DNA of 64,000 nucleotides from Escherichia coli (GTDB lineage Bacteria; Pseudomonadota; Gammaproteobacteria; Enterobacterales; Enterobacteriaceae): NCBI RefSeq assembly GCF_002854065.1, contig NZ_CP024147.1; one strand, 5' to 3'. Shown piece by piece: positions 57,622 to 64,000 of this stretch (position 1 is its first letter; each line of letters starts with the position of its first letter). The notes under the pieces were generated by a model. It saw only the letters and a program-made list of their open reading frames with translations, ran no database searches and was not told where the DNA came from. The position numbers and the translations under genes were made by a program.

Positions 57622-58521
57622 ATGAAGCGTGAAGAAATCGCTGATCTGATGGCGTTTGTCGTCGTTGCAGAGGAGCGTAGCTTCACTCGCGCAGCAGCCC
57701 GCCTGAGCATGGCGCAGTCAGCTTTAAGCCAGATAGTGCGCCGTATAGAAGAACGATTGGGATTGCGGCTTCTGACGCGAACCACGCGCAGTGTTGTACC
57801 CACTGAAGCGGGCGAGCATCTTTTGTCTGTTCTTGGCCCTATGCTGCATGACATAGATTCTGCCCTGGCATCCCTGAGCGATCTGCAGAACCGCCCATCC
57901 GGGACAATACGTATTACTACTGTAGAACATGCAGCAAAAACGATATTGTTACCAGCCATGCGCACATTCCTGAAATCACACCCTGAAATTGATATTCAGC
58001 TTATCATTGATTATGGTTTGACTGATGTCGTTTCTGAGCGTTTTGATGCAGGCGTCCGTCTGGGTGGGGAGATGGATAAAGATATGATCGCCATTCGAAT
58101 CGGGCCAGATATACCAATGGCTATTGTTGGCTCACCGGATTATTTTTCCCGCCGAAGTGTTCCAACGTCAGTGTCACAATTAATAGATCATCAGGCAGTT
58201 AATTTGTATCTTCCCACATCGGGTACAGCAAATCGCTGGAGATTAATACGCGGTGGACGCGAAGTTCGTGTTCGCATGGAAGGTCAGCTTTTACTGAATA
58301 CGATAGACCTGATCATTGATGCTGCAATTGATGGGCATGGATTGGCGTATCTACCTTATGATCAGGTTGAGCGGGCTATTAAAGAAAAAAAACTGATACG
58401 TGTTTTGGATAAATTCACACCAGATTTACCCGGTTATCACCTGTACTATCCACATCGTCGACATGCTGGCTCGGCATTCTCATTATTTATAGATAGGCTG
58501 AAGTATAAAGGTGCTGTTTAG
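57622..58521 (+). CDS. pgrR: LysR-family regulator PgrR (YcjZ)
   Basis: 299-aa ORF with LysR helix-turn-helix N-terminus; divergent from ycjY. Confidence 0.85.
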   Translation: MKREEIADLMAFVVVAEERSFTRAAARLSMAQSALSQIVRRIEERLGLRLLTRTTRSVVPTEAGEHLLSVLGPMLHDIDSALASLSDLQNRPSGTIRITTVEHAAKTILLPAMRTFLKSHPEIDIQLIIDYGLTDVVSERFDAGVRLGGEMDKDMIAIRIGPDIPMAIVGSPDYFSRRSVPTSVSQLIDHQAVNLYLPTSGTANRWRLIRGGREVRVRMEGQLLLNTIDLIIDAAIDGHGLAYLPYDQVERAIKEKKLIRVLDKFTPDLPGYHLYYPHRRHAGSAFSLFIDRLKYKGAV

Positions 58522-58857
58522 CACTACTTGCTGATACATTAATTTAATTCTTCTCTTAACGTATTCTCAGTTCCTTTCAACGTTTTGGTTATTTTTTATT
58601 CTTCGTACAATGGCGACAGATGCTGATTATGATACCGAAAACTGGTTTGAACGTGCGAAGCCCGAACGTAGTGTTCGGTGTTCTATGTGCTTTGCCGCAT
58701 TTTGGCGTCTATTATTTACACTAAATCTGATTTAATATATTGATACATAAAACATTTTATGCTTCCTGTGTCACTTTTTTGATGGAAGTTGTTTGCATTT
58801 CTTTAAGGCGAAACAAATAATTACGCATCAATTTTAATGTCGGTTAGAGGGAAACTT

Positions 58858-60471
58858 ATGAAGCACTCTGTTTCAGTCACGTGTTGTGCGCTGTTGGTCA
58901 GCAGCATTTCTCTTTCGTATGCTGCAGAAGTTCCGAGCGGCACAGTACTGGCAGAGAAGCAGGAGCTGGTGCGCCACATTAAAGATGAGCCTGCGTCGCT
59001 GGATCCCGCTAAAGCCGTGGGCCTGCCAGAGATTCAGGTCATTCGCGATCTGTTTGAAGGACTGGTGAATCAGAACGAGAAAGGGGAGATTGTCCCCGGC
59101 GTTGCGACTCAGTGGAAAAGTAATGACAACCGTATCTGGACTTTTACCCTGCGCGATAACGCAAAATGGGCGGATGGCACACCGGTAACGGCGCAAGATT
59201 TTGTCTACAGCTGGCAGCGTCTGGTGGACCCGAAAACGCTATCGCCATTTGCATGGTTTGCCGCGCTGGCGGGAATCAACAACGCACAGGCGATTATTGA
59301 TGGTAAAGCTACGCCTGACCAGCTTGGCGTCACCGCAGTTGATGCCCATACTTTGAAAATTCAGCTTGATAAACCGTTGCCGTGGTTTGTGAATTTAACC
59401 GCTAACTTTGCCTTCTTCCCGGTGCAAAAAGCCAACGTAGAAAGCAGTAAAGAGTGGACGAAACCCGGAAATCTGATCGGCAATGGCGCTTATGTTCTTA
59501 AAGAGCGCGTAGTCAATGAAAAACTGGTCGTGGTACCGAATACCCATTATTGGGATAACGCCAAAACGGTACTGCAAAAAGTGACCTTCCTGCCAATTAA
59601 TCAGGAATCCGCAGCCACTAAGCGTTACCTCGCGGGGGATATTGATATCACCGAATCCTTCCCGAAAAATATGTATCAGAAGCTGTTGAAGGATATTCCG
59701 GGGCAGGTTTATACGCCGCCGCAGCTCGGGACCTATTATTATGCGTTTAACACGCAAAAAGGGCCGACGGCAGATCAGCGCGTTCGTCTGGCATTAAGTA
59801 TGACGATAGATCGCCGCCTGATGACCGAAAAAGTATTAGGGACGGGCGAAAAGCCAGCGTGGCATTTTACACCAGATGTTACCGCCGGATTTACGCCGGA
59901 ACCTTCGCCGTTTGAACAAATGAGTCAGGAAGAACTGAATGCGCAGGCAAAAACTTTGTTGAGCGCAGCTGGTTATGGTCCGCAAAAACCGCTGAAGCTG
60001 ACGCTTTTGTATAACACTTCAGAAAACCATCAAAAAATTGCGATTGCTGTAGCATCGATGTGGAAAAAGAACCTTGGCGTAGATGTTAAATTGCAAAATC
60101 AGGAATGGAAAACCTATATCGATAGCCGTAACACCGGCAATTTTGATGTTATCCGCGCCTCATGGGTGGGGGATTATAATGAACCCTCCACTTTCCTGAC
60201 ATTATTAACGTCAACGCATTCAGGAAATATTTCACGCTTTAACAATCCGGCATACGACAAAGTTCTGGCCCAGGCATCGACGGAAAATACCGTTAAAGCG
60301 CGTAATGCCGATTACAACGCGGCAGAAAAAATCCTCATGGAGCAAGCACCGATTGCACCAATTTATCAATATACCAATGGACGATTAATCAAACCGTGGC
60401 TGAAAGGTTATCCCATTAATAACCCTGAAGATGTGGCGTACAGTCGGACTATGTATATTGTGAAGCATTGA
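58858..60471 (+). CDS. mppA: Periplasmic murein tripeptide-binding protein
   Basis: 537-aa product from ATG 58858 (MKHSVSVTCCALLV...); OppA-like family-5 solute-binding protein. Confidence 0.9.
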   Translation: MKHSVSVTCCALLVSSISLSYAAEVPSGTVLAEKQELVRHIKDEPASLDPAKAVGLPEIQVIRDLFEGLVNQNEKGEIVPGVATQWKSNDNRIWTFTLRDNAKWADGTPVTAQDFVYSWQRLVDPKTLSPFAWFAALAGINNAQAIIDGKATPDQLGVTAVDAHTLKIQLDKPLPWFVNLTANFAFFPVQKANVESSKEWTKPGNLIGNGAYVLKERVVNEKLVVVPNTHYWDNAKTVLQKVTFLPINQESAATKRYLAGDIDITESFPKNMYQKLLKDIPGQVYTPPQLGTYYYAFNTQKGPTADQRVRLALSMTIDRRLMTEKVLGTGEKPAWHFTPDVTAGFTPEPSPFEQMSQEELNAQAKTLLSAAGYGPQKPLKLTLLYNTSENHQKIAIAVASMWKKNLGVDVKLQNQEWKTYIDSRNTGNFDVIRASWVGDYNEPSTFLTLLTSTHSGNISRFNNPAYDKVLAQASTENTVKARNADYNAAEKILMEQAPIAPIYQYTNGRLIKPWLKGYPINNPEDVAYSRTMYIVKH

Positions 60472-60521
60472 TGTGATGGGAACTGGCGTTACCCTTGTGG
60501 ATAACGCCAGTGATGTCTGAT

Positions 60522-61553
60522 TTAGCGACCCTGTTCCGGCGGTGTAATGTTATCCATATACAGCGTCTGGCTGGGGAAGGCAAAGTCCGCGCCGTGTGAC
60601 TGTACAATATCGATAATCTTCAAATAAACGTCTTGCTGTGCAGCAAGCCACTCAGCCCATACCGTGGTTTTGGTAAAGCAATAAACCATAATATTCAATG
60701 ACGAGTCAGCAAACTGGTTGAAATAAACCAGTAAGGTTTGTCGCTGGTCGATGGCCGGGTGATTTTTCAGCATCTCACGTACGGCTTCGACGATAACGCC
60801 CACTTTTGCCGCATCCTCATAACGTAAACCAATGGTCGTGGTAATGCGGCGGTTGGTCATTCGTCCTGGGTTTTCTACGCTGATCGACGAAAACAGCGAG
60901 TTCGGTACGTACAATGGACGATTATCAAAGGTCGTAATTTTGGTAATTCGCCAGCCAATTTCCGCTACTGTACCTTCGATATTTCTGTCCGGTGAACGGA
61001 TCCAGTCGCCAATACTGAAAGGACGGTCGAAATAGAGCATGATCCCGGAAAAGAAATTACTCAGAATATCTTTACCGGCCATACCGACAGCCAGACCACC
61101 AATACCACCAAAGGTCAGCAAGCCAGAAAGGCTCATGCCGAAATGTTCGCCATAAAGCAGAACAAGCACCACAATAATGGTGATTTTGATAATGCGCGAC
61201 ATAATCCGCGCACTGGTGATATCGCGACCTTTTTTAATCTGCTGTTTTTCAAACTGATTAATCAGCAAAAATAGCTTAATCGTCAGAATAACCGCAATCA
61301 GGGACGTACAGATAAAATCGATAACGCCTGGGGTGATAAATTTGAGTTTATAGTTTTCTATAACATAATTAATAATGCTACCAACAGCACTGATAATTAT
61401 GGTGTAGATTAAAAATTGCACCGCATGGAATAAAAAGCCTTTTCTTTTACGATTTCCGCGGCGAAACCAAAAGCTCATCAGAATCAATGCTGCGCAGCTA
61501 CCGAAAATAATGACCAGATTAAGCGCATTATTTGTAAACAGTTCAGCGATCAT
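60522..61553 (-). CDS. ynaI: Small-conductance mechanosensitive channel (MscS family)
   Basis: 343-aa membrane ORF with MscS domain. Confidence 0.85.
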
Positions 61554-61796
61554 TGTTTTATCAGGCTCCTCCAGATAATTGTCGTCATGCCGGAAACCCC
61601 TGGCGGGGCTATTTTACCGCGACAATTCATTCAGATCATCAATAGTCAGGGAAGGAAGTAGCAACATTAGCTAACTAATCAATGCGTTGATTGTAAATCC
61701 AGCTAAGAGGTGAGGTTTTCAGAGCAGACAACGGTGAAATGTCATGGTATTGTTACGTTTAGGTAACAAGAAATTTGTCTGCACAAGGATTACATC

Positions 61797-62054
61797 ATGA
61801 TTATGGCGAAACTGAAGTCAGCGAAAGGGAAGAAATTTCTCTTTGGTTTGTTGGCGGTTTTCATTATTGCGGCGTCGGTTGTGACTCGCGCGACTATCGG
61901 CGGCGTTATAGAACAGTACAATATTCCGCTGTCTGAGTGGACGACATCAATGTATGTGATTCAGTCATCGATGATTTTTGTTTATAGCCTGGTCTTTACT
62001 GTGTTGCTGGCAATCCCGTTGGGAATTTATTTCCTTGGCGGCGAAGAGCAGTAA
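61797..62054 (+). CDS. ynaJ: Small inner-membrane protein YnaJ
   Basis: 85-aa two-helix ORF. Confidence 0.8.
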   Translation: MIMAKLKSAKGKKFLFGLLAVFIIAASVVTRATIGGVIEQYNIPLSEWTTSMYVIQSSMIFVYSLVFTVLLAIPLGIYFLGGEEQ

Positions 62055-62063
62055 GTAAAAAAT

Positions 62064-62082
62064 AGGCCCGATAACTCGGGCC
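62064..62082. terminator. Bidirectional hairpin between convergent ynaJ and uspE
   Basis: AGGCCCGA-TAAC-TCGGGCCT perfect stem. Confidence 0.55.
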
Positions 62083-62103
62083 TTGTCAGTTATTGAAGAG
62101 TCG

Positions 62104-63054
62104 TTAATCGTCTTCTTCGTCATCCAGTTCAACGGGTGTCTGATACTGGTCAGGTTTAATGACCAACAGATCGCAGCGAAGATGATCAATCACCTGTTCC
62201 GCCGTGTTGCCGAGGAATGCTGCTGAAATACCGGTGCGTCCTACCGTGCCCAGAACCACAATCCCCGCCTGTAAGTGCTCCGCCAAATCAGGAATCACCT
62301 CTTCTGGCAGACCTTTTTCTACGTGCGTCATGTTTTCATTAATGCCGAATTTCTGCCGCAGGGCTTTCATTGCCAGCAAATGTTGCCCACGAATGGCATC
62401 GTTATAAACGCTCGGATCAAATTCCGGCAGTTCAATCGCGATATTAATTGGCGTTACTGGGTAAGCGCCAACCAGATGAACTTCGGTATGGTTGACTTGT
62501 TCTGCCAATTCGATCGTCTCTTTGACCAGTTTTTCATTGAGCGCATTATGATACGGCTCTTCACTGGCGAGATTCACCGCCACCAGCGCCTTACCTCCTT
62601 CCGGCCACGGCTGGTCTTTCACCATCCACACCGGGCTTGGGCATTTGCGTAACAGATGCCAGTCCGTTGGCGTAAAAATCACCGCTTCCAGACGGTCATG
62701 TTGGTGCGCCATTTTTAGCACCAAATCGTGCCCGCCGCTGATCACTTCCTGAATGATGGCTTCGAAAGGACGGTTATGCCAGACCACTTTAATTTCAATG
62801 GGAACGCCAGCATTGAGATAATATTTTGCCTGCTCGTGGATCCAGGCTGTACGCTGGCTGATGACGCCCTGACGCATAGCGGTACGTTCGTCCGGGGAGA
62901 GCAGGGTGGTCATTTCGTATGAGAAGTCATAGATCGGCAAAAAGGCTTTAATTTTGCCACCAATCCGTTGATGTAAATAAACAGCTCGCCGCAATGCTGG
63001 TTGGTCGTCCTGGTTAGGATCGATAACAACGAGCATGTTCTGATACATAGCCAT
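62104..63054 (-). CDS. uspE: Universal stress protein E (tandem Usp domains)
   Basis: 316-aa product from the Met at 63054 ([13 protein letters not shown]...). Confidence 0.9.
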   Translation of the reverse strand: MAMYQNMLVVIDPNQDDQPALRRAVYLHQRIGGKIKAFLPIYDFSYEMTTLLSPDERTAMRQGVISQRTAWIHEQAKYYLNAGVPIEIKVVWHNRPFEAIIQEVISGGHDLVLKMAHQHDRLEAVIFTPTDWHLLRKCPSPVWMVKDQPWPEGGKALVAVNLASEEPYHNALNEKLVKETIELAEQVNHTEVHLVGAYPVTPINIAIELPEFDPSVYNDAIRGQHLLAMKALRQKFGINENMTHVEKGLPEEVIPDLAEHLQAGIVVLGTVGRTGISAAFLGNTAEQVIDHLRCDLLVIKPDQYQTPVELDDEEDD

Positions 63055-63205
63055 ACAGGGTCTCCTTACAACAACTGTCAACGCAGTTTGTAATTAAAAG
63101 ATTAACCCATATCTGGTGAATGAAACAGTGATGAACCTTCTGCCAGATCAATAAATCAGAAAAATTTAATGATATGACAGAAGGATAGTGAGTTATGCGG
63201 AAAAA

Positions 63206-63958
63206 TCAGGCAACGTTACGCGTATGACCAGCAAGCTGGGCCAGCGCATCGTTATTTTCGATGGTGATGTATTTACCTTTGACTGCCAGCATGCCGCTTT
63301 TCTGGAAGCGACCCAGCAGACGGCTGATGGTTTCTACCGTCAGGCCCAGATAGTTACCGATATCGCCACGAGTCATCGTCAGGCGGAATTCACGAGGGGA
63401 GAAGCCGCGTTGGGCAAAACGACGGGACAGGTTGTAGATGAATGCAGCCAGACGTTCCTCGGCATTTTTCTTTGACAACAGCAGGATCATGTCCTGATCG
63501 CCTTTGATTTCACCGCTCATCAGACGCATCATCTGCTGACGCAGATTCGGCATTTTACCGGACAAATCGTCCAGCGTTTCGAACGGGATTTCACATACCA
63601 TCGAGGTTTCCAGCGCCTGCGCGAAGCTCGGGTGATGGCCGCTGCCGATGGCGTCAAATCCCACCAGGTCGCCTGCTAAATGGAAACCAGTGATTTGCTC
63701 GTCGCCTTGCTCAGTGATGGTATAACTTTTAATCGTACCGGAGCGGATGGCATAAAGCGATTTAAGTTCATCACCAGCCTTAAACAGCGTCTGGCCTTTC
63801 TGAATAGGCTTCTTCCGCTCAATGATATTATCAAGCTGATCAAGCTCATGTTCGTTGAGTGTGAACGGGATGCAAAGCTGGCTGATGCTGCAATCCTGGC
63901 AATGGATAGCACAACCGCCAGACTGAATGCGCCGTATAATTCGCTTTTCCGGGATCAT
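63206..63958 (-). CDS. fnr: Fumarate/nitrate reduction regulator (CRP/FNR family, [4Fe-4S])
   Basis: 250-aa product from the Met at 63958 ([29 protein letters not shown]...); N-terminal Cys cluster and C-terminal helix-turn-helix. Confidence 0.95.
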
Positions 63959-64000
63959 AGGTCTGCTCAAGCCGTAATTGATATTTGTCAATTTTAACAT

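Overview
This window is a chromosomal segment of an Escherichia/Shigella-type genome, syntenic with the E. coli K-12 topA-cysB-acnA-ribA-pgpB-lapAB-pyrF-yciH-osmB-yciT-pdeR-rnb-yciW-fabI ... sapFDCBA-ymjA-puuPADRCBE-pspFABCDE ... ycjXF-tyrR-tpx-ycjG-mpaA-ycjY-pgrR-mppA-ynaI-ynaJ-uspE-fnr region. Gene identities were assigned by reading the supplied translations against remembered protein sequences and gene order; no database search was run. Departures from the K-12 layout (K-12 comparisons are from memory): (1) two identical IS1 copies in inverted orientation, each with its own target-site duplication, one of which interrupts puuA after codon 9; (2) one IS2 with a 5-bp duplication between fabI and an accessory locus; (3) a ~7.8-kb accessory locus between fabI and sapF encoding a TetR-family regulator, an AcrA-like lipoprotein adaptor, an AcrB-like RND pump, a NodT-type outer-membrane lipoprotein and an MFS pump, the best candidate for an uncharacterised system here; (4) pspE lies 118 bp from ycjX, so the K-12 ycjM-ycjW/ompG block is absent; (5) a ycjY-paralogous hydrolase gene is split by a +1 frameshift in a G9 homopolymer. 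No rRNA, tRNA or CRISPR array was seen.
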